64,000 nt of DNA from assembly GCF_023055435.1 (NCBI RefSeq), contig NW_025963890.1:14012001-14076000 (forward strand). The letters run 5' to 3'. The stretch is from Haliotis rufescens (lineage: Eukaryota). Numbering within the stretch: position 1 is the first letter of the stretch; the number at the start of each line of letters is the position of its first letter. The notes below the pieces were generated by a model that worked only from the letters and a program-made list of their open reading frames with translations, was not told where the DNA came from and made no database searches. This document shows positions 53,191-64,000 of the stretch, piece after piece. The position numbers and the translations under genes are program-made.

Positions 53191-53432
53191 TATGACCTGT
53201 GCGCCGTACGCAGGACCACGTGCGACCAAACAGCTGGGTGTATTAAAGACTGACTATCAACGTTATATACAAGGCCAAGACAATGTCAATGTTCTCTGTA
53301 GGTCAATGCATCCTACTAGCTAAGTTATACAAACTTGATCCTGTATTTTAACTGTTGTCTGGAGAACATAAGTCTTTATGCCCAGCGTCTTCTAACAGTT
53401 TGGGACATTCTGATTTAGGTCCCAAGCACACA

Positions 53433-53582
53433 AATTCGATGTTAGCGTGTACAGCATAATATATGAAAATCACACCCCTCTGCTTTCGTATGAAAAGAAA
53501 TACACCCTCTGTAAGACATATGGTTAGAGGGGTGATTTTTGTCTGCCCGAATATATTATGCCATACACTCTAACATAGAATT
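53433..53582. mobile_element. fold-back/MITE-like element
   Basis: 32-bp arms aattcgatgttagcgtgtacagcataatatat / atatattatgccatacactctaacatagaatt (4 mismatches), plus inner cacccctct/agaggggtg. Confidence 0.8.
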
Positions 53583-53639
53583 CCTGTGTTCCCCAGTCGC
53601 ACTTCTGGTTGTGAGGTGACTATATGAATCGAATCACCC

Positions 53640-53790
53640 AAGAAGACCTGGTTGGTTGCGTGTCAGCGTAGCCCGACGGCGTTGGACGTTGCTCATTATA
53701 TCGTTCACTGGTTTGCCTTGTGGAGACTCGCTTATGTACAGGGCGACGCCATATGAGTGGAAAAGTGCATCCAGCGGCGTAAAACAAACC
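53640..53790 (+). mobile_element. SINE family E, old copy
   Basis: tcactggtttgccttgtggagactcgcttatgtacag...cgccatatgagtggaaaagtgc...gcggcgtaaaacaaac. Confidence 0.55.
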
Positions 53791-55399
53791 TACTAATCAG
53801 CAGACAGTGAAGCTTTTAACTTATAAAAACTGGGATCAATTGGGAAATACTGATTAACATATTTAGTTCCGAAAGCAGAAAACACCAAAGAAGAGAGCAA
53901 AGTCAACTTTAATTTTGTGTAATGTAACACATTTTTCTTGCTTTTATCAGTTCTGTATATGGCCTAGATTTGTTTGCGAGTACACGAGAGGTACCACTGA
54001 AATATATATACACTGGATTTACACGCATTTACAACTACTTTTCCGTTACAGTTACATTTAAATGATAGAGATAAAGATACACCTCTTTCATAGTCTGCAA
54101 TCACGAACAGGTAAAGCTTTGTAAGCTACAGGTTGATCATACAAGACGTAACTATGAATACCCAATTTCATTTACAATTGTTTTACTACACAAACATTAC
54201 ATGTCCAGTGTCATCTATGACACACCAGTGTCATTGTCACGTTTAGCCATTGCTTGAGAGTATTTATATAGCTTAAAATATGCATTAGGTACCGTCCGCA
54301 TTTCCCACCATAATGATGCCATACCTTGGCTTGACTCCTAAAAATCGTTAACAGACATAAAGATGAACTTATTCAATAACATGTAAATATTGATTATCCA
54401 CAAAGCAGATTTGAATAGGAGAATATGACTTATATTTGCATCAAAAAGATTAAATATGTAAAATAACCCAGCGTCGACTGTCTTCAAGTGTGATACCCCA
54501 TTAGAAGAAGCCTTGATCTGCGATGCAACGCTAGTGGTATGTAAATTAAAATTAAATTTATAATAATAATTTGTATTTCTCTCATTATAACTATTATGAT
54601 TTATGTAATGAATGCTTCTTTTAATACATAGCTGATTTCACACTCATAATAAGGAGAACATATGGCAGATGTTAAATTTCCCATACAAATATATCACACC
54701 ATTGGATAAAGAAATGTTGTTAATCATATCTACAATTTCCTAACAATATTAGAAAATTAGTATAAATGAAACATTCCTAATTATAATTTGCTGATTTGGT
54801 GGCCATTTGAAATTTTTCAAAATAAAATCCTTCTGTAACTGTGTGTATACATTCCAAAAAGAGAAGAAAAGTACGGATGGACGGACGGACGGGAGACGAA
54901 CATTGGACCTTTCTTCTAACTAAAATAGGCTGGCATTAGCGGGTTGAAGGTGGACAAAATTGAAGAGCTTCGATTTATCGTCTTCGTTACCTGGCTTCAC
55001 GAATGACGTTTGCTCTGGTTTACCATTACAATTAATTCCAAAAAAGCCTAATAACATATTTTCCCAGACAGTGTTTAATGTGTATTTTCAACTTGACTAA
55101 ATGTTCGTCAGATACAATTTCGAGATGATTTATATGAACGACAAAACAGTTACTAGTTTATTTTAATGTCCTTCCTCGTTAGGTATGTCCCCCAAATAAG
55201 TTATTAGAGGCGAATGAGAATGGCAACGTTACGTCAAGGTGAAAAGTTCGATTAATTTCCTGGCATTTGATAGAAATACGAACAGGTTACGTAAGGTACC
55301 GGTAATGGCACCGACTTAAGGAAAGCTGTACATACTTTTTATTAAAGATGCACTGACGTGTGTATTGACTTCATGACATAATATAAGTACAGATGTACA

Positions 55400-55540
55400 G
55401 AGGCGGTGGGGTGGCATCATGGTTAAAGTGTTCGTTCGTCACGCTGAAGACTCGGGCACGATTCTCCACATGGGTACGGTGTGTGAAGCCAATTTCTACG
55501 GTACCCCGCCGTGATATTGATGGAATATTGCTAAAAGCGT
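55400..55540 (+). mobile_element. SINE family D, diverged
   Basis: ggcggtggggtggcatcatggttaaagtgttcgttcgtcacgctgaagac...cgccgtgatattgatggaatattgctaaaagcg. Confidence 0.85.
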
Positions 55541-55676
55541 GTACTGACTTCGTTATGTTTAAGATGGAGTGACTTCATGTTACTATATATTTAGGTGTAC
55601 TCACTTGGTGGTATTACATGTATATTGTCTTCGTGATGTTATACAACAAAAGGTGTACGGATTGTGTGGTATTACG

Positions 55677-56489
55677 GTTGCATGACTTCATACTAGTGCA
55701 GGTGTACTTGTTTCTTCAGTTACAGTTGCATGACTTCAGACTAGGGCAGGTGTACTTGTTTCTTCAGTTACAGTTGCATGACTTCAGACAAGTGCAGGCG
55801 TACTTGTTTCTTCAGTTACAGTTGCATGACTTCAGACCAGTGCAGGTGTACTTGTTTCTTCAGTTACAGTTGCATGACTTCATACTAGGACAGGTGTACT
55901 TGTTTCTTCAGTTACAGTTGCATGACTTCAGACTAGTGCAGGTGTACTTGTTTCTTCAGTTACAGTTGCATGACTTCAGACTAGTGCAGGTGTACTTGTT
56001 TCTTCAGTTACAGTTGCATGACTTCATACTAGGACAGGTGTACTTGTTTCTTCAGTTACAGTTGCATGACTTCAGACTAGTGCAGGAGTACTTGTTTCTT
56101 CAGTTACAGTTGCATGACTTCATACTAGTGCAGGTGTACTTGTTTCTTCAGCTACAGTTGCATGACTTCATACTAGGGCAGGTGTACTTGTTTCTTCAGT
56201 TACAGTTGCATGACTTCATACTAGTGCAGGTGTACTTGTGTCTTCAGTTACAGTTGCATGACTTCATACTAGGACAGGTGTACTTGTTTCTTCAGTTACA
56301 GTTGCATGACTTCATACTAGTGCAGGTGTACTTGTTTCTTCATTTACAGTTGCATGACTTCAGACCAGTGCAGGTGTACTTGTTTCTTCAGTTACAGTTG
56401 CATGATTTCAGACTAGGGCAGGTGTACTTGTTTCTTCAGTTACAGTTGCATGACTTCAGACTAGGGCAGGTGTACGTGTTTCTTCAGTT
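55677..56489. repeat. 48-bp minisatellite, 17 near-identical units
   Basis: Unit ttgcatgacttcagactagtgcaggtgtacttgtttcttcagttacag; catga recurs every 48 bp from 55681 to 56449. Confidence 0.97.
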
Positions 56490-57240
56490 CTCTTGCAGGC
56501 GTACTTGTAGACCATAATAGGCGTGCTGATGAAATAATACATTGATGTGTAAAAAAATAAATAAATGTCATAATGAATGCTTACAAAAGTATATTGTATG
56601 TTCCATAACAGGTAATGAATTTTGTAAGTGTATAAGTGTTTATGTTTTCGATTAATGTCGGGGCTTACGACGGGGGCTTCACACATTATTCACTATTGGG
56701 GCTTCTGAGTGACGTGAGACTCTTTAAACACTGGTCGACCCCGGATAACGTAACTACATGTACATGATAACAGATGTTGCAAGAAAACTGCGAAGTGGCA
56801 TCCCATATAATTCATATTGCAGATGCCTTGTGGACAAACCAATTAACAAAAGGTTCCCGTTCTCTTCTTGGACAAAGCTTCGTTACGCTATAAACAGATG
56901 GTTCGATGTCAACCTCTTTAAGCAAAATATATCTGTCATTGCATTACATGATATCATTTACTATAGCACGTTTCTGTCCTTGAGACGAGTGAGAATACAT
57001 TTCGACTTCAATCAACACTTACCTTCTTCGGTACTAAGGGTGTGATTTGCAATCACTTGCTCGTCTGTCTGCCTATCAAGGGCGTCCCCAAAATACACCT
57101 GCCACCTCCTCGTGATCACATGCCACACTTGGAAACAGTTTCTCGAAAACCCGGTGTCATTACTGTTACCTTACAGCTAGTCCTTTGGTGTTGTTTCTTT
57201 TAATCTGCTTATATGTTTTGGAACTTTCGTTTCATGTGAC

Positions 57241-57503
57241 GGGGGCACGGGTGGCCCAGTCGCCTAAGGCTCCACGATTCGCTGTGGAGAGTTGCGTCCC
57301 TTGGGCACGACAGAAACCTATGATTGTGGGTTCGAAAACCCCGGTTCGCCCCGATTATGTTTCTAGCTTTGTCAGCACCATACCCGTGCTCCTGGATTTC
57401 ACCGAAATGGTAAACGTCTGAGACCTGCATCACTTTGGGCTTTCCTCTCACATTAAGGTGAACTCACTCACTCACTCACTCACTCACTCACTCACTCACT
57501 CAC
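57241..57503 (+). mobile_element. SINE family B, 10-bp TSD, lacking the conserved 3' segment
   Basis: TSD ttcatgtgac at 57231-57240 and 57504-57513; long (ACTC)n tail. Confidence 0.92.
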
Positions 57504-57744
57504 TTCATGTGACACTGATACGATTTCCCACATGTCCCCTTAACAAACTTAATGTTAATGCTTCTTGTTTTATAAAATGACCAAAAGTCCATACCATATG
57601 TGAGTGAGTGGCTGTTTGGGGTCTTCTTTTAGAAATCAGTAAATCAATACTCGGTGTCAAGAAAGGGTATCCGCCCAATACACATATTGAAGTCAAATTA
57701 AAATGTTTGGTCCCTGCGTTTTCCGCTTGACCATGCGATCTTAC

Positions 57745-57975
57745 TCTCGTAGACGGAATCCGGGTTAGAATTGGTTCCCAGCAACGAAAGCGTGTCGACA
57801 ATGTCCATAAAAGACTATATGGATCGGGAAGTCAGACTTGACTTGATTGTGTGTCATTGCACACCGAGGGCGTGGGCACTGATCATGATACCAATCACTG
57901 GTTTGTCTAGTTAAGACACGATTATTTACCAACCACCTACATGTAGCTGGAATATGGCGTTATACAACGAGCAAA
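57745..57975 (+). mobile_element. SINE family E, old near-full-length copy
   Basis: atccgggttagaattggttcccagcaac...ggatcgggaagtcagact...atcactggtttgtctag...tagctggaatatggcgtt. Confidence 0.7.
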
Positions 57976-58470
57976 TAAAAAACACACATATAACCATCCG
58001 GGTAGTCCGCCAGTAGGATTCTTTTGGAATCCCAGAAAACCGGCTGATGGAACAGACTTTCCCCTAAAGCAAGAAGGGACGTTAGATGTTTCCAAAGCTG
58101 TTTAGATGTTTAGTCACTTGTTGATAGTCGTCTATGGTTACACATCGCTGAACAAAATCAACTGCGTCTGCTTCCAAACGACTTAAATTCTCACGAGAGA
58201 TGATAAACCTGGGGTGTTTCTGATCAGAAGTAAGAACCCCTAGAACCTAGCGTACTGAAACCTTTGTCATGCACAGTTCATTCCTCACAATGTTCTTAAC
58301 TCTCTCCATGAGATATGCCTATTGTATTGACTATTTGACGTGTGGTGATTCATTGATCATCCATTATCATGTCATATCAACATGTTCCTTAGTGGTGACA
58401 GTTGAATGTCTTCCTGAAATTTTGCTTCCCACCTACCAACAGTGGTAAAGGAAGAATCGAATTATCCACA

Positions 58471-58923
58471 ATTATAGCTAAAATGGATATAATTATCATT
58501 AAACCGCCCGCATGTTATCATAAATGAGCCGGCCACTGTAACTTGATAATGCCCTCATATTGATTAACGACGGGCCATTATCGCGCCCGTTGTTAGGTGA
58601 CGTCATATGATAGGATCGGTGACGTCACGTTCAATAGTGACGTCATCTGGTTTGTTCTAAGACGTTTCCATATTTGTAGAAGTGGGTCAGTGACCTTCGT
58701 GTTGATTGCAGTAAATTTTTTAAACCCGATATTGTTGTTTCTTTTTATTTGATAAAAAATTCCATCCATTTTAGCTATAATAACGGTAACGCTATTTTTC
58801 AGGGCATTATCATTTGGAGAAGCCCTCGGTCTTTTCAACTGCCCTCCTTCGTCGGGCAGTTAATGGAAGACTTCGGGCTTCTGCAAATGATAATGCCCTG
58901 AAAAATAGCGTTACCCTTATAAT
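58471..58923. mobile_element. non-autonomous DNA element: perfect 18-bp IR pair plus a 147-bp terminal hairpin (Crypton-like architecture, tentative)
   Basis: attatagctaaaatggat at 58471-58488 / atccattttagctataat at 58764-58781; perfect 32-bp arms at 58785-58816 / 58884-58915. Confidence 0.75.
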
Positions 58924-59212
58924 GTTGACACCATGTTCGCTTGGGTGGCTGTTGGAGTGGAGATACTTGATGGCAGAGCGGAAGCAAATTTTGCCTATGT
59001 TTATCAACAAAGAATATCAACTCAATCTGATGCCTGCAGAAATATGCTGCATAAATACACCCTGTAAGCATGGAAAGAGTTTTAATTAAAACATGCACAC
59101 TGTGAAGGATGTACCTTCGTTGTTACGTTCAGGATGTTTCAGCCAGCTCTCGACAACGAACATCAGGATAAACAATTTAAGGCTGATGTGAACGTCTTTA
59201 CACCTTTCGTCT

Positions 59213-59309
59213 TTCGAACCCGCAATCATAGGTTACTGGCGTGTCCCAAGGGACGCAACTCTGCACAACGAATCGCGGCACTTAAGATGACTGAGCCACC
59301 CATGCCCCC
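59213..59309 (-). mobile_element. SINE family B, head only
   Basis: Reverse complement reads gggggcatgggtggctcagtcatcttaagtgccgcgattc...cgggttcgaa. Confidence 0.8.
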
Positions 59310-59664
59310 ACATTCTTTTTTGGCATGACTATGTCAAACAGTCATTGACCATAATATAATGTTTCAAGCCACCTGACCTCGTGACACTGGGGTTTCAAAT
59401 ATTGATTACAGCAGATTACAACATATGTAATTGACATTACCCTTCGTAATTAACTTTAACTTCATTCAATCGATAAATCTCAATATAGAGATTCGAGTCT
59501 ATGCATAATACATATTGACAATCCGTGTAGTCTAGAAAACTACGAACAAAGTTTTACTCTTTTTTGAAAGAAAAATATATATTAAAAAGAGATATTATTA
59601 ATGTTACTTATAAATGTCTGTTAACAGGAAACTAGGCAATAATGACACTTCAGTTAGAGGGGCA

Positions 59665-59832
59665 TGAGTGAGTGAGTGAGTATGGTTTACGCCGCTTTTA
59701 GCAGTATTCCAGCAATATCACGGCGGGGGACACCAGAAACGGGCTTCACACATTGTACCAATGTCGGGAATCAAACCCGGGTCTTCGGCGTGACGAGTGA
59801 ACGCTTTAACCACTAGGCTACCCGACCGCCCC
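59665..59832 (-). mobile_element. SINE family D, full length, TSD
   Basis: TSD tagaggg(g)catga at 59655-59667 and 59833-59844. Confidence 0.93.
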
Positions 59833-59995
59833 TAGAGGGCATGACTTCAGACTGGTACAGGTACAGGTGTACTTAAACAATTGTTTTTTCAGTTACAGTT
59901 GTATGACTTCAGACTCTTACGGATGTACTTGTTTCTTCAGCTACAGACGTTATGATACTGTATTGTCTTTAGTCTATAAGGTGTGCTGCCCATTA

Positions 59996-60013
59996 AGATA
60001 TATATATAGATAT

Positions 60014-60063
<50 letters not shown>

Positions 60064-60080
60064 GGATAGAAAGATAGATA
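59996..60080. repeat. (GATA)n microsatellite
   Basis: Seen directly. Confidence 0.95.
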
Positions 60081-60973
60081 TTATTAAAATAACATTGATT
60101 AAGACACATTCGTGAAGGATGTCATACTGATACAGGTGAAGTGAAAAAAAATTAAAAAGGGGAATTAAAAAATAATTTTTATAGATATTAGTATAATTTA
60201 ATATAAAGTAAGTATTTGAAACACAAAATACTCTCGCAAACTTGTTACATTGTTGATACACCATACAACCAACGATAGTCTATTATTACAGTGCATCAAT
60301 TTCTGATATGATATGTCTGAAGTGATTAGGAACTGAATGACCGAATTAGATTATATCGTCTCGTTGGCATGTTTTCATAGACGTTTTCGAAAGCCAATGT
60401 ATTTGCTTTCTAGTATTATGTGGAGCCAGTTAATTGAAATACCTACATTTGTTTAAACCCAAACTGTCGTCTCAGCTTTTTTTTGCAAATTTTTGACTGA
60501 ACTTTTAGTATAAACCCCATAAACTAGTGTTTGATGACAGAATGACATTTGTTTGTACATATGTTTGATATTTATTACTCATAACAGCATCAAGACTGTT
60601 ATCGAGAAAATATAGAACATCTATGCAAACACATTTTAACTTAAACTGAATTAAATCAAACTGACAAAAAAAGGTTCATGGTATATAGGGTATTAATATG
60701 GAGACACATCCTATGAAGATAGGTCTGGCCACTGACTATAATGATTGGCATTTCACACATTCTGAGAAAATCAAATATATTTATCATGATTATCAGATTT
60801 AAAGATCGAGATACCCGTTCGTTCCACTATAGTTTGTAGGTCGACTCTATTCACGGCGTTCTTCGGGATTGGCGTTGGGGAGTCTTACACATACCAGTTA
60901 GGTTCACTTATACCCCATTAGCAAGCACACGTTTACACGTGTGTACACATTTGATTATGTTTGTTGATTACGC

Positions 60974-61391
60974 CGTAGTCTGGACGTAGACTGGACGTAG
61001 CCTGGACGTGGCCTGGACGTGGCCTGGACGTAGACTGGACGTAGCCTGGACGTAGCCTGGACGTAGCCTGGACGTAGCCTGGACTGGACGTAGCCTGGAC
61101 GTAGCCTGGACGTAGCCTGGACGTAGCCTGGAGGTAGCCTGGAAGTAGCCTGGACGTAGCCTGGAGGTAGCCTGGAGGTAGCCTGGACGTAGGACGTAGC
61201 CTGGACGTAGCCTGGACGTAGCCTGGAGGTAGCCTGGACGTAGCCTGGACGTAGCCTGGACGTAGCCTGGAGGTAGCCTGGACGTAGGACGTAGCCTGGA
61301 CGTAGCCTGGAGGTAGCCTGGACGTAGCCTGGACGTAGCCTGGACGTAGCCTGACGTAGTCTGGACGTAGCCTGGACGTAGCCTGGACGTA
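60974..61391. repeat. 11-bp minisatellite (CGTAGCCTGGA)n, about 38 units
   Basis: Seen directly; variants ggtagcctgga and 7-nt deleted units; source of the QATSRLRPGYV ORFs. Confidence 0.97.
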
Positions 61392-61449
61392 TGTCGGCGA
61401 GTGGTAACCAGTGATTGCTGCTAGGAGCAATGCCCCCGCCATCAGAGTA

Positions 61450-61535
61450 CAATGACATACCGATCGATATGAAACAAGATTTCACCAAGTCGGACCACCC
61501 GATCCAATTTGGTCGCCCTTGATGACAACAACATA
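61450..61535 (-). mobile_element. SINE family E head/body fragment
   Basis: gaccacccgatccaatttggtcgccct resembles gaccacccgatcccgttagtcgcctct at 32234. Confidence 0.55.
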
Positions 61536-61888
61536 ATGTGTCCCAGTGGAATATGTGATAATTATACGCAAGTGGTCACCCACAGCAGTTCATTGTTTGG
61601 CATGCTGTCGTCCAAACCAGTAACTCTCCCCCCTTCCGGATACAGACAGCTTAAAAAGCAAAATGCCTTCTTCGGATAAAAAACTTCAACTCGAACAGTG
61701 TTCAAAGTCAGGTATATACAATCTGGAACTTATTGCGATACAATCAACACTCAGGACACATTGAACCAGAACAGAAATTATAAGTCCTTCCGAGCCTGTT
61801 TGGCTCACCCAAATCCAAAGCGACAACACTCTTTCCCTATTCTTTAGACATCTCTGCCGAAAGCGAGTCGATCATACGGTTCCGACTA

Positions 61889-63244
61889 TACTGAACCGCA
61901 AAAGAAACGTCACCCTAAGTAACATTGCATGAAAAGTTGTCATTTAAATATCTGGGTATTTTTTGTCAAGGTTTCTAAAATTTAACACTACTTTGTCCCG
62001 AAAAATGAAATTTGATGGTAAAGAAATAAAACCGATCGCCCAAATGCATCACGGCAACGGTCATGGTGACCCGATGCACGTGAGTTCCGTGCAAATTGAA
62101 ATGCACATGCGTTCCCCAATTTCTTGCCCTATAAAAATCCACCCAGATCGGATAACATTCTTTATTGAATTGCTACCACATGCTGACACCAAGCCCTTGG
62201 ACGATTGCAAGCTGGATAAACCACACAGCAAGTAGCCAATGCATTTCAAGTCCACGTAACCACCATAGACAGGTTCCAGCAACAGTACCAGACCACCAAC
62301 ACTACAGATGACCGACCACGTAGTGGAAGACCCAGGGTCACCGCCTGACGTCATGATCGTCAGATTGTGCGACAGCATCTTCAAGATCGCTTTGTTACTG
62401 CTGTGGAAACTGCTCGACAGACCATGGGGACACACCAGCGACACTTTAGTGTGGACACCGTGCGTCGACGATTGACGAGCAGACACCTCAACTATCACAG
62501 GCCACACCGAGGACCCATTCTGACACCACGTCATCGTCGAGGCCGTCTTCAGTGGCCAACACAGCACCAGCATTGGCGCCACCAACAGTGGAGAAGAGTC
62601 CTCTTCTCAGACGAGAGGCGTTACTGTATCTCAACAGCGGATGGCAGAGAGAGAGTTTGGCGACGCCGTGGGGCACGTTATTCGGACGCTTGTGTTGTTG
62701 AGAGAGACTCGTGGGGTTGTCCGAGCATCATGGTGTGGGGTGGAATCACGCCATACCCCATTTGGCACGTCGCCACAACCACGAGTTTCAGCATGATAAC
62801 GCCCGTTACCACACTGCGAGCGCAACAAGCAGTGGCCTGCCCTCAGTCCCGATTAAAATCCCACTGAGCACCTGTGGAACGAGATTCAAAGGCGGCTGAA
62901 TGACGTCCAAGGCCAACAACTGCAGCTGAACTGCGCCAGGCGTTCCTCAGAGTGTGGATTCAAGTGCCTATGGCCTTCATCAAGCGCCTCATCCATTCCA
63001 TGTATCGACGTTGCATGACAGTCATCAATGCACATGGCGGACACACGAGATACTGACTTGTGATGCCATTTTCCCAGAGACTAGTGTTTTGTTTCACTTT
63101 AAGAACATTTGACACTTTAATTTCAACCTTGACGATCAGTTTTGCCAAGTTTCATCGCTTATGTCTCAAACTATGTTTACAGTGTTTGGACAAATAAGGT
63201 CCTCATATATCTATCAATAGTGACGTTTCTTTTGCGGTTCAGTG
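61889..63244 (+). mobile_element. Tc1-family DNA transposon, 1356 bp, internally deleted
   Basis: 25-bp TIRs [t/c]actgaaccgcaaaagaaacgtcac (61889-61913 / 63220-63244); TA TSD at 61887-61888 and 63245-63246. Confidence 0.96.
62200..63056 (+). pseudogene. Tc1-like DDE transposase pseudogene
   Basis: HTH region ALGRLQAG*TTQQVANAF, RPRSGRPR, WRRVLFSDE, IMVWGGI, FQHDNARYH, WPALSPD*NPTEHLW, ending GGHTRY*; contains stops, frameshifts and deletions. Confidence 0.95.
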
Positions 63245-64000
63245 TATATCATGAGCATGTGTTTATGAATCACTATCAAATAGTGATGATACCAGGTGTT
63301 CGCGAGGGTGGGCGTATCCTTTCCCACCGGTGGCACCCGTCACAAACACATGCAAAGGCAAATCAATTTTCCGCCTATAAAAACACGGGAGGATATGCTA
63401 TAATTCAAAATAGGGAATTGCGTCGGACATCATTCTTGTCACTGATCACCAGATACTGGGCAGTATCGTAAGGCGGAAATTCAAGTCATTCAGACTGCAA
63501 TAAAGTCTTACACTGAATAAGAAATTTGTTTCTAAAACTTTATCTCCTAAGGGTTGACTTGTGTCTGTGTCACACCTAAAGTAAATAAAACAAGCACACA
63601 AGGGAGTCGGGCTCTGAACATGAGGGGACAATCGTCTGAATGATGAATTAAAACAGTGAAACTTCGTACACGATTCCTCGTGGGATCCCTCCCGTCCAGT
63701 GTCTTCAAGCGATTCGTCGGTTGAGGCATCAAACTCGACATGAAGAAAATACACACTTGTCGTGGTATCAGTTGAAGTAAAAACAGCACGAAAACTTCAT
63801 TATTTGAAAGCCTTTTTATATACACCTTCGGGGAAAGTACAATTGCAAAACTTGGTAATAAATGTTCAAAGACCCAAAAAGTAGCCAATAAAAAAAACTC
63901 AGATAGGATTGATCTCAAGATCGGGTGTTTGTGAAAGGTCTGCAAGGTATGTGCCGCATTTTAAATCAATAGGCGCAGTTTGTGCTACAGGCTTGGCAAT

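Larger units (their letters stand above)
61817..63445 (-). mobile_element. PLE-like RT element 3' fragment (family C, copy 5), split by the Tc1 insertion
   Basis: Removing the Tc1 and one TA restores ...ttccgactatatcatgagcatgtgtttatgaatc..., as in the other copies. Confidence 0.85.

Noticed and set aside
54790-54920. Helentron/DINE-like fragment with (GGAC)n
   Set aside because: Only a short microsatellite and a weak motif; no subterminal IRs or hairpin found.
55677-56489. CRISPR array (also considered for 43824-44080 and 50502-50705)
   Set aside because: No unique 25-45-nt spacers, no cas genes, and a eukaryotic context; these are minisatellites.
60933-61488. QATSRLRPGYV repeat proteins
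   Set aside because: An 11-bp unit gives the same peptide in all three frames of one strand; no coding evidence.
62061-62585. 174-aa minus-strand ORF
   Set aside because: Antisense shadow of the Tc1 transposase pseudogene.

Overview
AT-rich, repeat-dominated animal genomic DNA from a gapped scaffold; many N-runs sit next to microsatellites. The repeat families (Meta/MESC-type and V-type SINEs, Penelope-like RT remnants) point to a mollusc, plausibly a gastropod such as abalone; this is inferred from remembered family resemblance, not from a search. No intact protein-coding gene, rRNA, true tRNA or CRISPR array can be supported, and nearly all long ORFs in the track are gap or simple-repeat artefacts. 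The window holds four SINE families (about 25 copies, many with target-site duplications), six remnants of one Penelope-like RT retroelement, a dead Tc1 transposon nested in one of them, several MITE/fold-back elements, a 5S-derived fragment, minisatellites and an 868-bp tandem duplication. The best leads are two pseudoknot-like RNA folds carried by retroelements (the Penelope-like 3' end and the non-tRNA head of SINE-E), an expanded tRNA-Leu-like SINE head, and two sequence-unrelated elements that share a hairpin + inverted repeat + triple-TGACGT layout.
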